Positions 16,580 through 31,853 of a stretch of 64,000 bases of DNA are shown piece by piece. The position numbers and the translations under genes were made by a program. Below the pieces are notes generated by a model. It ran no database searches. It saw only the letters and a list, made by a program, of their open reading frames with translations, and was not told the origin of the DNA. Position 1 is the stretch's first letter; each line of letters starts with the position of its first letter. The stretch lies in assembly GCA_964016885.1 (NCBI GenBank), contig OZ024759.1, positions 14,632,001 through 14,696,000 of the forward strand, given 5' to 3'. The DNA is from Eledone cirrhosa (lineage: Eukaryota).

Positions 16580-16812
16580 CCCACACCTATGCAGGTTTAA
16601 CTGGCCTCCTCCAAGGTATATCTCGTTGGAGGTATATTGGGTGATTTAATGATAGGGACCCCAGTCCTATCATCTCATTTCTATAGCTGAGTAAACTGGA
16701 GCAACGTGAAATAAAGTGTTTTGCTCAAAGAAACACACATCACTCGGTCCGAGAATTGAACTCACAACCTTTCGGTTGCAAGCCCAATGCTCTAACCACT
16801 AAACCACGCGCC
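16580..16812 (-). mobile_element. CORE-like tRNA SINE
   Basis: Reverse complement of the 12412/48046 head and core. Confidence 0.8.
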
Positions 16813-17799
16813 TTCACTCTCAGCCATGCGCCTTCACATAATTATCTCACATAATATCGAATCTACAAGATTTTGATATTATTTATTTTGAGAACAATAC
16901 CTTAACATAAGTATGAGCAGTCAGTTATGGCTGGTTTGAACAGAAAGAGGTGAGAGAATTCTGACCGGATATGACTTTCAAATCATGGGGTCAATAAATA
17001 AAGTAGTAAAGTACCGGAGACGATTCTTCCCTTTCTCTCACTCACTCAGAATTGCCTACACTGCGCTGTAAGAGGATTGTAGGGTACTTATTATGGTGCC
17101 TTCTTCCTCCATGAAGGTTGATTTAGCTGCTAGCAAACCTTTTTACCTGAACATGCTGCAAAACCCATCCAAAAGAATCATACAGCTTGGTGGGTGTGAT
17201 GGCACCAATATGTTGGTTGTAGTAACAAGAATTTATATATTTAGGACTACATTATCTACTATGCGTATTTCCTTATCTTTGATGAATGGGTGTGATTTGA
17301 GAGGAATTTGTTTGCAGTTTCGCACGTGTTTCATCATTGGCATATTACAGGGTGAATGACAGATAGAAGAATCGGTTGAGCGAAGGTTTAAATGATTTCT
17401 CATTATTACAGTTGTTGTTGTTTAGACTCAGGTCAGTCCTGATACAGAAGATATATATAATCAGTGGTGATCATCCTGTCTCTTTAACACTATGCTGGAT
17501 TAGGGCGTTGGATATAAAATCTCAGCATTTGTTCCGGTATACTGCACCATGTATTAAAATCTCACCGGGGTCAACATAAAGTACCAGTTCATCACTAGGG
17601 CCAGCACTTCCTTTCTCTCTTCCTCTCTCCCCCTCCCCTCTCTCTTTGGAAGAAATCGACTGTGATCCGACCTGGGGATTGATGGGCTCCTGCAGGACAA
17701 AAATGCCAAGTACTTCATTAGCTAACATCTCCTTACTTCAAAACAAGAAAAGGCATGATTTGGATCGCTCGTAATCGCCTAAATAAAATCTGAATCTCA

Positions 17800-18150
17800 A
17801 ACCTTGATGATAAAATGAAAGTCAGAACTTTCAAAACTATCATTAAACCAGGTTTTATTTATTGTTCTGAAAGCTGAACCTTGTCATGAAGGCAATACAA
17901 GTGTTCTGACCAAACATGCACACGACTATTAATATCTGTTAAAAATCAAAGTTGGGAAAGGGACAACTAACACTCTAGTAAATCTATGGAGACTTCCAAG
18001 AGTTTTACAAATTATTAAAGCAAGAAGGGTAAAATTTGCTGGTCACCGTCTTATCCTGATACCATAGCTAGGGATTCTGGGATTGGGAGTGAACACCTGG
18101 AAGGATGGGGGTCTCCATGCAGGACAGCAACTACTGGCGCGATGTCGAAC
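17800..18150 (+). mobile_element. Highly decayed RTE LINE fragment
   Basis: Frameshifted IYGD-LPRVLQIIKARRVKFAGH, similar to [22 protein letters not shown] of the young RTE copies. Confidence 0.5.
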
Positions 18151-18802
18151 GTCTTATTTACTTATTTAATACAGTTGGGTGAAATTCGAGAGTGAGTTGG
18201 GTGCTATTGCCAGCAGATAGAGCAACAGGATAGGGGCATCTCCATTCTTTCTTTAAACACCGATAGGATGGTAAAATCTGTGAATGGTTAAAATGATTTA
18301 TACTATGTTAACTAAATACATTTACGTTCCGAGTTCGAATCTTGCGATGTTTCTGTCTATCATACCTTTTGATTCTTCCGAAGGTGTTAAGAAAATAATG
18401 TTCCAGTTAAATGCTGGATCTTCCATCAGTGTCGACGATGATCATTCAGTTGTTCATGTCAACTGAACGATCTACTCGTTAAATTAATGTGTCAAGTTGT
18501 GCTGGGTATTCCACAAGCACGTGTAGCTTTAATGTAATTGTCAAGCCAGATCCGCTCGACACAAGACCTGTGAAAGCTGGCCCTTTGAATTACGGTCACG
18601 CTCCATCTATTCAGCTGCAATTTACTCACGTTCAATTGTAAGAGTTGATATAGAAAGGGTGGGAGAGCAGTTACTCTGATTATGTATATCAATAATGAAT
18701 AGACAAAATATACCCCAAGGGAGTTAACTGCATTACGTGAAGATATATAGATACGTACATACAGACATAAATGTACCTATATGTATGTACTATGTATGTA
18801 TG

Positions 18803-18856
<54 letters not shown>

Positions 18857-19240
18857 CGTGTGTATATACTTACATATGTGTACACACACACATATATGTG
18901 TGTGTGTGTGTTTGTGTATGTATATATTTATTTATGTGTATATAATAGTCTTTCATATGAAATGTAGCGAGCTGAAAAAAGTCAATTTAACCGAGATTCT
19001 TTGGTAACTTGAAAGGGAAAAAATGTGTTGTCTAAGTGGTAGGTTTATATTATAATTGAGGTGGTGGTTGTTATCAGAGATAAGATCCATCTTTATTGGT
19101 AGGCGGTTCTAGAAATTTTAGTTTCTATACCTAGCTTAAGCCACTCCTTAAATAGTTCGTCAGGGTTGGATGACATTAGTGAGACGAGTTTTTGTAGTAA
19201 AACATAATTCACGAAACATGGTAATGAAAGGGTTAAGTAA

Positions 19241-19722
19241 TCATATTGATGGTCTCCCCACAGCCCCGGCGGACAGAAGGGAGAAGGCGTTTCCCCGGAG
19301 GATGGTAAGGGAGACGCGCTGGGAGAACCATTCCTTCTCGCGAGGTTCACACCTGCGGCTGGCCAGCTCAGCGCCTATGGTGGTGAGTAGGCAGGTAGCC
19401 CTAGGGCCGAAGACACCAGAAGTCTCCACTGCCAAGGGTACAACCGCAAACCTATCGGTGAGCGACTGGTATTTGGAGAGTTTGGCCTCCTTAGCCCGAC
19501 GTGCAGCAGAACCCGGGTTAGTCGCAGACGAGGGGTTTGCCACCACGGAACGGGAAGATAGTCATGCCGTCGGGCCTTTTGCCGTCCTCTCGGTCCAGCC
19601 CCACCGGCTCGAGCTGGGAAGGAAATCCTGCAGTGTTCAAGCTATGCTTTATGACCTCGTTGAAGGAAGCATGGCGTGGAAGGCGACCGGCACTGTGGCG
19701 ACAGGAAAGAGGGTGGAGGCCT
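19241..19722 (-). mobile_element. CRE-clade non-LTR retrotransposon 3' fragment (Zn knuckle + restriction-like endonuclease)
   Basis: HPLSCRHSAGRLPRH..N..AGFPSQLEPVGLDREDGKRPDGMTIFPF / PGSAA..KLSKY..VPLAVETSGVFG..QRVSLTILRGNA, with an internal deletion/frameshift. Confidence 0.85.
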
Positions 19723-20329
19723 AGTAGTTGTTGTGTAGGTGAAAAGACCCGCTCAGAACTGTAACAAGAGGTTGATAGAGAAATATGAACCGGAGGCTTA
19801 GTATTGGTATCTGTGTAGATGAAAGGAACCCAGTTAGATCCATGACAAATGGTTAATGAATAATTATGAGCCGGAGTTGCGGTAGTTGCGTGGCCTAGTG
19901 GTTAACATATTGCATTCAAGAACATAAGGTCAAGAAATTGATCCCTTAACTAAGCTGTAAATAGAGACTTTGAGGATGGCACATGAGTTTCTGTTGCTCC
20001 AGTTCATGCTTTTGGTTGCTCCAGATGTTGACAAGATGTAGTAAATAAAACAAAATGAAATCGAAGAGGAGATACAGAAGGTAAAACAATATACTTGAGA
20101 AGACAACAGAATGTATGACGAATGAGTTTTGGTAATTAAATAATCGTTCAGTTACTAAACAGTATTATTTCATTGAGCAGATAAGTGGCAAGTGAATCTT
20201 GATATATTTTCTTAATTAAAGTAATAATAATAACAATAATAATAACAACAACAATGATAGAAAAAGAAAAGGAAACAAAAGAAAAAAATAGGAAAATATA
20301 GAGAAAAAGAAAGAAAAAACGAAGGGGTG

Positions 20330-20486
20330 GGGATAGCAAGAGCTCTGGAGGCGCAGAAGAGAGGAGGTGAGGAATGAGGGTGATTGGACTTTGGGCCTAG
20401 GGCATGGCGGCAGAAGGGTGGCGCCCCGCGAACGAGACTGCAAAAGCAAAACCCGCGGACAATGGCCAGCGACACCCGCTGCAAAC
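20330..20486 (-). mobile_element. Extreme 3' end of another CRE-like element
   Basis: LQRVSLAIVRG motif, short GC-rich UTR and T-rich tail. Confidence 0.5.
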
Positions 20487-20650
20487 TAACAGAGGAATGG
20501 ATTAGTTACTTGACTAATAATAAAACCGAAGTGAAACTCAGCTGGTGATTGAGCTTTTGTTAGCAAAATGACACTCACAAAGTACTATATGATTCAACAC
20601 ACGATTTCACATCTAGAATCTTGCAAAACAAATACATAGATGATATATAT

Positions 20651-20812
20651 ATAGGAAAAGAGTCAGGACCCCGACGGGCTCTAGCTGTCGAAACGGCCGG
20701 AGCACAGCCGTCGGGGTCCTAACTCTTTTGCTATTACCCACACTACTACCCTAAGTATCGAGTACTCTGGTGTGTTATGGTCCACCTGGTTCCTTACCAC
20801 ACTTCCTTCGTT
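20651..20812. repeat. TA-embedded fold-back repeat family (related pieces at 37430-37590, 43810-43960, 44145-44195)
   Basis: Hairpin ataggaaaagagtcaggaccccgacgg / ccgtcggggtcctaactcttttgctat (20651-20734). Shared gtagtagagtggg and gctgtcgaaacgg motifs. Confidence 0.7.
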
Positions 20813-22166
20813 ATATATATATATATTGAAACAGCCAGCGAGTTTGAAGTTAGAAATAGAAACTTTCGCCGTATTTTTTGACTAAAGAAATTTAGCCTGA
20901 TGGTGGGGTTTAGAAGCCTCTAAGAAATGGAAAAAGATGAGTATTGACGTACACACACACACATAGACACACACACATATATATATACATGTGTGTGCGT
21001 GTAGATCTCGAGTGAAATCCGGGGTAACCACAGTAAATAAAGTACTCAATATATTAGTAGAGTGAGAAAAACGAAGTTTAATATAGAAATGATTTCTACA
21101 GTACTAGAACTGTTTCATTTAAACGAGTGAAACAGTTTTAGTCCCGAAGAAGGCATTTCAATATCAAACTCCGTTATACCCCCCCCCCCCCACACACATA
21201 CCCCCCTCCACACACATATACACACATATATATATATATCTTCACTCTTCTTAAGTCATTCCTCCATCGAAGGCGAATCATTCACTTTGTTTTTTCTAAT
21301 GGCTAGAATATATGCAGCTCTCCGCACTTGCATACTCATAGATTTCTCCGCTAATTCTAGCAATTGTTCCAACCCATTGCCGAATTAATAGTCGGTCATC
21401 TGCGAGGCAGATGTCATCTAATTAAACCGATGATCGTCGCCTGAGATACTGTTTACTATGAGACAAGAAATGAGTTAAAATGTCCCTGGTGCTAAGTTGT
21501 GTTGGCCTTTGGGCGACATTGTTGGCGTGAAGAGGGCAGACTGGTATATATGGGCGACTGCTGGTCTTAAACAAACTTTCTAGATGTAAAGCCCATTGTT
21601 ATTCCTGACTGAAGGGGGAGTACGATATATGTATCTGCTCCTCTCTCTCTCTCTGTATATGAGTATATCTGTGAGTTATGTGTATATGTGTGCGTGTGTG
21701 TGTGCTTGTGTGTATGAGTTTCTTTGTGTGTGGGCACGCGTGTTTTGTTTATATGAGTATGTATGCATGTATATATATATGTATGTATGTGTGTATTCAT
21801 TTATGTATGTATCTTTGTATATATATATATATATATATAAATATATATAACCCGAAAAGAAGAAAATATCAACATCATCGGTAACTACTAAGCCGCAGGT
21901 TTTATATCGGAGTTATCCCAGTTTCCTGAGTTGCCTTCTCCTAGAAGAATGCCCTGACAAAGGCTAGGGGTCCTTCACTCCCAGTGGTTTAACCGCTTCT
22001 TTTCGGGTTATAGCTACTGTCGCTCAGAGAGTGGATTGGCTCAGTACACAGTCTTTCCTCATTTAAAAAAATATCTTCATGCACAGGCATTGCATGATAG
22101 AATTAATTAATAATTATTAATAATGGTATATCGTGCAATGGCCATACTCAATAACGAGGGGGCAGT

Positions 22167-22595
<429 letters not shown>

Positions 22596-22666
22596 TATGT
22601 ATGTATGTATGTATGTATGTATGTATGTATGTATGTATGTATGTATGTATGTATGTATGTATATTC

Positions 22667-22945
22667 TTCTGGTTTTATAATTTCACAAATTTTTACCAAT
22701 AGAGAGAGAGTTGGTTTCTAACAGAGACACAAGACTCTCTCATTGGAATTTACATAACATCAACTAGGTAGATATGTATGCATGTCTGCATGCATGCAGG
22801 TGTAGATATGGATGTTATTGTATGTATGGATGTGTATGTTTTGAGTTGTATGTTTTGAGTTGTATGTGTGCATGTGTATATACTTAGTATCTGCACATGT
22901 GTATATGCAGTTATTAGATGCAACATTTTGGGAATGTTTTACATG
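22667..22945 (-). mobile_element. 3'UTR-only copy of the R4/Dong-like LINE at 32021
   Basis: Colinear with 32021-32243. Confidence 0.7.
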
Positions 22946-23334
22946 TATGTATGTATGTATGTATGTATGTATGTATGTATGTATGTATGTATGTATGTAT
23001 GTATGTATGTATGTATGTATGTATGTATGTATGTGTGTGTGAGTGTGCGTGTTTGTGTTTTTATATGTGTGTGTTAGCCTATGGAGATTAGACGACAAAT
23101 TCAGGCTGATATAAAATCGTGTTTAAACCTGCGACAACAGGAAAACACATTTGATTACTACTACCACCAATAATATGAAATCTATTGATTTGTTATCGAT
23201 TAAGCTTCACGCAGCTTAATTTTCGAAAGGTGATGTGCTTTTATTTTGCAACAAACTCATTAGATATTACACCCACATATAAACAAACGCTCATAAACGC
23301 GTGTCCACACACATATACATACACACTCACTCAC

Positions 23335-23392
<58 letters not shown>

Positions 23393-23468
23393 GTGTATAT
23401 AAATAAATATATATATGGATATAATTAAATATATATATGTATATATATATATATATGTATATAAATAA

Positions 23469-23523
<55 letters not shown>

Positions 23524-23618
23524 ATATATATATATATTTATTTATATACATAACGGCTATGAATTAGTTTTGCGAGGTTTTTTATATATATTTATTTATA
23601 TACATTTATATGTATATG

Positions 23619-23698
<80 letters not shown>

Positions 23699-23792
23699 TA
23701 TATATGTATAAATATATATATATATGTGTGTATATATATATATGTATAGATGTATATAAATATATATATACATATATATATGTGTGTGTTTG

Positions 23793-23827
<35 letters not shown>

Positions 23828-23876
23828 GTATATAAATATATATATATATATATAAATAAATAAATATATATATATG

Positions 23877-23965
<89 letters not shown>

Positions 23966-23987
23966 GTATATATATATATGTATATAA

Positions 23988-24043
<56 letters not shown>

Positions 24044-24068
24044 GTATATAAATATATATATATATATG

Positions 24069-24117
<49 letters not shown>

Positions 24118-24148
24118 GTATATAAATATATATATATATATATATATG

Positions 24149-24192
<44 letters not shown>

Positions 24193-24577
24193 AATAAATA
24201 TATATATGTATATAAATATATATATATATATATATGTATATAAATAAATATATATATATATATATATATGTATATAAATAAATAAATATATATATATATA
24301 TATAAATAAATATATATATATATATATATATGTATATAAATAAATAAATATATATATATATATATAAATAAATATATATATATATATATATGTATATAAA
24401 TAAATATATATATATATATATATATTTATTTATATACATATATATATATATATGTAGGAGGTGAGTTTTATTGTAGTACAATAAAGCAATGCAGATATCG
24501 GATAAGAAGCACTCTACAGTTTGTAGGACTGGAGTATACATAATATAAGATCAAAAGATGGTTAAAGGAGTTCCATG

Positions 24578-24648
24578 TATTTTATTATGCGCATTTCAAA
24601 AACAAACATCATCATGCAATAATATTTGTGTTTTCATCAGATAAAACA
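24578..24648 (-). ncRNA. Type I hammerhead ribozyme in the PLE 3' pLTR
   Basis: tgttttat CTGATGA aaacacaaata..tgtttgttttt GAAA tgcgca TA ataaaata. Confidence 0.8.
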
Positions 24649-25709
24649 GGAGAACATGATATGAAGGCTAAAAAACACTTGTGGATAGTGCAGTTTTAAA
24701 TCAACATATGAAAAGTGGTTTTAGATTGATGTGTGATATTGGGAAAAATATTTTATTTAGAGAGAGGGGGTGGGGGTGGAAAGGATGACAAAGGGGAGGA
24801 GATGAGAGGGAGAGATGGGTGATAAAGAGAAAGAGATAGTTTTTATAACTGAGAGAAGATATATTGTTTTACATAGAGAGGTTGAAAACCGTTGGAAGAT
24901 AATGTATAAATTAAAAGAATTTGAAAATTAACGAAGGGAAAGATATGTACGAGGAAAAAATATTTTATTTAGGGAGGGGGGTGGAAAGGATGAAAAAAGG
25001 GGGAGGAGATGAGAGTGAAGGTGGAGAGGGAGAGATGGGTGATAGAGAGGAAGAGATAGTTTTTATAACTGAGAAAAGATATATTGTTTTACATAGAGAG
25101 GTTGAGAACCGTTGGAAGATAATGTATAAATTAAAAGAATTTGAAAATTAACGAAGGGAAAAAATATTTACGAGGAAAGAGAGGGAGTTTATGTATGAAG
25201 ATAGAGAGAAAAAAAAATAATAATTGTGGATGAATATTCTAACGTCAAAAAGGTGTATGTTGATAAGTATTGTGGCAATTTCAAAATTAACGAAGAGAAA
25301 AATTATTAAGGTTTGTGTGTAGAAGGATTTGAGAAAAATAATGTAAAGTTAAAGTTTGTATATTGAAGGAATTGATAATGTGTTCGAAGAAAGAGTTAAT
25401 ATGTATTAAGAATGAGTTCGTTGATGGGGAGAAAAAAATAATAAATTAAGGATGAAATTGAGATTAAAATGTTTTATGATAGAGAGAAAAAATAATAATA
25501 ATTGCGGATGAATATTCTAACGTCAAAAAAACAAATGTATATGTTATGAAGGATTTTACAAGGTGAAGATAGAAAGAGGGTAATGAGTAAACAAGTATTA
25601 TAGAGTGTTTAATGCCCTTTGAAGTAAGGTAGGAAGATGGGTATATTTTAAAGAGGTGTATGTATATGTGCCTTTGAGAAAAGATTCTAAATTGATAAAG
25701 AATTGAATA

Positions 25710-26030
25710 TTAACTGTATAATTTGTGAAAAGTCCTATGGAATTTATGCAGGCAGATAGAAAACAAATCTGTACGTCTATTTATTATGGAATCTAGATTA
25801 GAGATAATGGTAAATTTTTCATTTAGGCAGAGATTACAGATTTTAGATAGAGAGCTGTTCAAGTATGAGGATGCAGAAGAAACCTTCTTCCAAAAGATGG
25901 TATATTTAATGTTTTTGTCTTTCAAGGACCATATGAGTTCTGAGAGAGCCGTGTTGGTTCTTTTAAGTTTGTATTTGAAAGATGAATGGTGATTATAGAG
26001 ACGAGCTTTAAAAGAGGTGGAAGTGGAGCC
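25710..26030 (-). pseudogene. PLE GIY-YIG endonuclease C-terminal fragment
   Basis: GSTSTSFKARLYNHHSSF..TALSELIWSLKDKNIKYTIFW..CNLCLNEKFTI..IINRRTDLFSICLHK, truncated at the YIG glycine by the inverted pLTR. Confidence 0.85.
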
Positions 26031-26240
26031 AAAATTCTCTCAGTTATAAAAACTATCTCTTTCTCTCTATCACCCATCTCTCCCTCTCATCTCCTCCCCT
26101 TTTTCATCCTTTCCACCCCCCCCCCTCTCTAAATAAAATATTTTTCCCAATATCACACATCAATCTAAAACCACTTTTCATATGTTGATTTAAAACTGCA
26201 CTATCCACAAGTGTTTTTTAGCCTTCATATCATGTTCTCC

Positions 26241-26311
26241 TGTTTTATCTGATGAAAACACAAATATTATTGCATGATGATGTTTGTTTTTGAAATGCGC
26301 ATAATAAAATA
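26241..26311 (+). ncRNA. Type I hammerhead ribozyme in the inverted pLTR (sense to the K2P pre-mRNA)
   Basis: Same motif; palindromic stem III UGCGCA; predicted cleavage after 26303. Confidence 0.8.
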
Positions 26312-26404
26312 CATGGAACTCCTTTAACCATCTTTTGATCTTATATTATATATATATATATATATTTATTTATATACATATATATATATATATATATATT
26401 TATT

Positions 26405-26480
<76 letters not shown>

Positions 26481-26488
26481 TATATATG

Positions 26489-26655
<167 letters not shown>

Positions 26656-26674
26656 TTATATATATATATATATA

Positions 26675-26729
<55 letters not shown>

Positions 26730-26770
26730 TTATATATATATATATATATTTATTTATATATATATATATA

Positions 26771-26812
<42 letters not shown>

Positions 26813-26911
26813 TATATATTTAGATATATATGTATATAAATATATATATACATATATATATGTGTGTGTTTGTGTGTATATATATATGTATATATATATG
26901 TATATATATAC

Positions 26912-26955
<44 letters not shown>

Positions 26956-27006
26956 TTGTGTGTATATATATATATGTATATATATATGTATATATATATA
27001 CATATG

Positions 27007-27050
<44 letters not shown>

Positions 27051-27168
27051 CATATGTATATATATATACATATGTATGTATATATATATGATGTTGTTGG
27101 GATGTATATATATATGCATATATATATATATATACATATACGTATATATATATATATATATATATGTA

Positions 27169-27389
27169 TATTTATTAAAATAACAGGTTAAATTTTAAGC
27201 AAAGAATCGCTGCTTTCACCCTTAACGGGATCTTCTGAAACTTTTTTTTTAGTTTCAGAAGCAGCGATTCTTTGCTTAAACTTTAATCACTTATTTTAAT
27301 AAATATTTGCTCTACGGTTCTTATATATTTGATATATATTTATCCTTATCGAGCCCTCTTTGGATTTTAGTCTTCAAATTTATTATTAT
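27169..27389. repeat. TA-embedded fold-back element (hairpin 27169-27306 plus tail)
   Basis: Arms ttattaaaataa..aagcaaagaatcgctgctt / aagcagcgattctttgctt..ttattttaataa. Same family as 57500-57732. Confidence 0.8.
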
Positions 27390-27418
27390 GTATATATATA
27401 TATATGTATATATATATG

Positions 27419-27452
<34 letters not shown>

Positions 27453-27474
27453 AATGTATATATATGTATCTCTC

Positions 27475-28124
<650 letters not shown>

Positions 28125-28126
28125 AT

Positions 28127-28326
28127 TTAGTTATGTAATAAACAACATGAGATAATTATTTCATTTACCAATGGTTTCTTGAAGGCAGATGTTATGTCTG
28201 TCTTCAGTCGTCGTCAGAATGAATAAATAACGTTATTTATTCATTCTGAAGAGAGACATAAAATTTGCCTTCAAGAAACCACTTGTCAATGAAATAATTA
28301 TCTTATGTTGTTTTTTACATAACTAA
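28127..28326. mobile_element. Palindromic HHR-bearing pLTR-like element; HHR at 28157-28225 (-)
   Basis: Centre aataacgttatt (28231/2). Minus strand tattcatt CTGACGA..ctgaagacaga..tctgccttcaa GAAA ccattgg TA aatgaaata. The plus arm has a deletion in the core. Confidence 0.7.
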
Positions 28327-28420
28327 TAGTAGCCTACACAGAGCACTCTTTTTCCCTGTACCTTTCCGACGGAAATACTTGATTTATATGTATATATATA
28401 CATACATATATAAATATATC

Positions 28421-28455
<35 letters not shown>

Positions 28456-28472
28456 AATATATCTGTATATAA

Positions 28473-28598
<126 letters not shown>

Positions 28599-28642
28599 CT
28601 ATATATATATATACACCTATATATACATATATATATCATGAG

Positions 28643-29170
28643 ACCAATAATTTTAGGGACGGAGAAAGTCAATTAAATCGACTCCAGTACATTACTGGTA
28701 CTTTATTTTCTCGACGTTAGGATGAAAGGCAACGCCAACCTCGACAGTATTTCAACACAGAACTTAAAGGGCCGTAACTATATACAGCAAAGAAAATTGT
28801 TCGATACCCTACCGATTCCGCCAAATAATAATATTACAATGTCTTATAGATCCATTCACATTTTGTTTGAAATTGTTGCAAAAAGATTGGATCAACTAAT
28901 GTTATAGGAAGTTACCTCCCTTGCTTATTTTCTTTGAACTAAACATTTCTAAATGGAGATTAGGTCTTCAAATTTCTAGGATACACTCGAATGTTTCCCC
29001 CGCTCGCTATTTACGGCTAGTCACATTCTGAATTGAAATCCTGCCGAGGTGAGCATAACCCTTAATCCTTTGGAGGTCGGTAAAATAAAGTACCTATATT
29101 GCACTGCGGTTTATTTAATCAACTTTCTCTCTTCCCTTGCTTGCTTTGTGCAAAATGTAGAAACAATTAT
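28643..29170. mobile_element. Head-to-head pair of Meta-like SINEs (28643-28825 minus; ~29020-29170 plus) just upstream of exon 2
   Basis: ggtactttattttctcgacg..ggatgaaaggc versus taatcctttggaggtcggtaaaataaagtacc. Confidence 0.7.
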
Positions 29171-29199
29171 ATATTCTTTATTTGATTCTTTTTCTCTAG

Positions 29200-30104
29200 G
29201 TTATGGTCATATTGCTCCTAAAACAACATGGGGACGTCTCGTATGCATTGCTTACGCCATTCTCGGAATTCCATTGATGCTGATGTGTTTGGCCAACATC
29301 GGAGACGCTCTGGCCAACGTGTTTCGTTTCATTTACGCCAAAGTTATTTGCTGCGGATTTTGTCGACGGAAATCTAAAAAGGATACAACAGGTTCGACGA
29401 CTTCCCTAAAGAACAGTTCCCAAGCCATTCAAACCCCAAGGAAAACGTTCGATCCCTCGGACAATACAGACTACGAAATGAAGATGTTGGGTCACGACAA
29501 AACATCTTATGATGTGTCCTTAATCGAAGAACAAAAATCCGAGAAGGGAATAACAACAACCAAGTTTACAAATATGGATAACTCCAGTAATACGTCATAT
29601 TTAAGGGCCAGGCCAAACACCCCTCACAACGATTCAATGCCGGGTGGCGAGAAAAACAGCAAAATATACCCGATTGCCATACCGAAAGATGAACAGGATC
29701 GAATAGTAAATAATGGGTATGATGACGAGTATGATGATGATTACGATGATGATGATGATGATGAATTAGGAAATGTGACAATTCCATTGACAGTGACAAT
29801 GTTAGTGATATTTGTCTATATTATGTTTGGAGCATTGCTGTTCAAGCTGTGGGAAGGTTGGGACCTTCTGCAAGCCACTTACTTCTGTTTCATCACCCTG
29901 AGTACAATAGGTTTCGGAGATGTGGTACCAGGAACAGACTTTGATAATCCACAGACGAACATTCAACTTGTTGTTGGTGGCTTTTATATCCTGTTCGGTA
30001 TGGCCATTGTATCAATGTGCTTCTCACTGATGCAAGAAGAAATGGTGTCCAAATTTAAATGGGTGATGAAAAAAATGGGTATATGTTCCGATGACGAAGA
30101 TTAA
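29200..30104 (+). CDS. K2P potassium channel, coding exon 2 (end of P1, M2, long loop, M3, P2, M4, stop)
   Basis: Polypyrimidine acceptor ttctttttctctag|GT TAT GGT completes TIG-YGHIAPKT. Then WGRLVCIAYAILGIPL (M2), YFCFITLSTIGFGDVVPG (P2), M4 and TAA at 30102-30104. Spliced CDS 400+905=1305 nt = 434 aa. Confidence 0.95.
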
Positions 30105-30395
30105 AGCTTCAAGAAGATAACAATTATATTCTTTATTTACAATCCTTGTTGACAAATTAATTTTTTGGTTTTGAATGAAATTTTCCAAAAATGTTTCCAA
30201 TACATAAGTACATACATACATACATACATATATACATACATACTTACATACATATATACATATGAGGATACATACACACACACATATATACCTTTGATCA
30301 TTTTGATAGGTTTCGGCGATATTGGGCCAGGCCATGTATATATGCATATGTATATATATGTATGTATATATATATAAATATGTATGTTCATATAT

Positions 30396-30506
<111 letters not shown>

Positions 30507-30527
30507 GTATATATATATATATATATA

Positions 30528-30735
<208 letters not shown>

Positions 30736-30751
30736 AGGTATATATATATAT

Positions 30752-30848
<97 letters not shown>

Positions 30849-30849
30849 G

Positions 30850-30880
<31 letters not shown>

Positions 30881-30901
30881 GTATATATGTATATCCATGT
30901 T

Positions 30902-30962
<61 letters not shown>

Positions 30963-31426
30963 CCATATATATAAGAATAATTACATAGAGTTATTACAAA
31001 GAAGAAGCCTCATATTTAATCACTTTCGATGAACGTAGCCTTCAGCAGGAGTTGACGACACTAGACGTTGTCCAACAGTCAATGGGTGTTCATCCGCGAC
31101 CCTCACATTGGTGGGACAGCAGTAGTGACTAAATCACTGCCAATCTTCAACTCCTGGCTCGCAGCTTATATCCTCTCTCGTGTCCCATAAACAACAAAAA
31201 GGCTCCTTCTACTGTCTCATTCATGCTCCGTGTTGTTGTCTTCTATATACGTATAAATGTATATATATATTTCGTTTCTGAATTTGTTGGCAACATGACC
31301 CTCCCCAAAGTATAACAATGTATATATATATATATATACACACCCAAACACCTATATATATATACACATATATATATATATAATATATGTATATATATGT
31401 ATAAGTATATGTATGTATATATATAT

Positions 31427-31523
<97 letters not shown>

Positions 31524-31580
31524 TATGAATGATTTTGAAGACAGAAAGTTATTTATTTATATTTAAAGAAATTATATAAA

Positions 31581-31663
31581 CTGCCGTTATGCGCATTTCG
31601 GACATATTTCTTGGCCTATTGCGTAATGCATGTCGGGCAGACAAGATTTCATCAGATGTGATG
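31581..31663 (-). ncRNA. Degenerate hammerhead-like motif
   Basis: CTGATGA..(long, poorly paired stem II)..GAAA tgcgca TA acggcag. Core intact, stem I weak. Confidence 0.4.
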
Positions 31664-31807
31664 GAACAACACCAAACATTCCGGACAACTCTCCGTCCTA
31701 TATGCCTCCAGTATTATGTACTTCTTATATATGTTGAATACATTAAAATATGAAACAAACACTAACACCCTGTGATCGTTATCTTTCAAATATCAGAGAC
31801 GTGTGTA

Positions 31808-31853
<46 letters not shown>

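Larger units (their letters stand above)
24455..26348 (-). mobile_element. 5'-truncated Penelope-like element (PLE) with inverted pseudo-LTRs
   Basis: ~315-bp inverted repeat 24541-24857 / 26035-26348 encloses a GIY-YIG C-terminal ORF and an AG-rich, internally duplicated UTR. HHR in each arm; (TA)n flanks. Confidence 0.85.

Noticed and set aside
29049-29199. N-terminal 50 aa of the 351-aa ORF
   Set aside because: SINE and intron sequence upstream of the acceptor at 29199; not channel-like.
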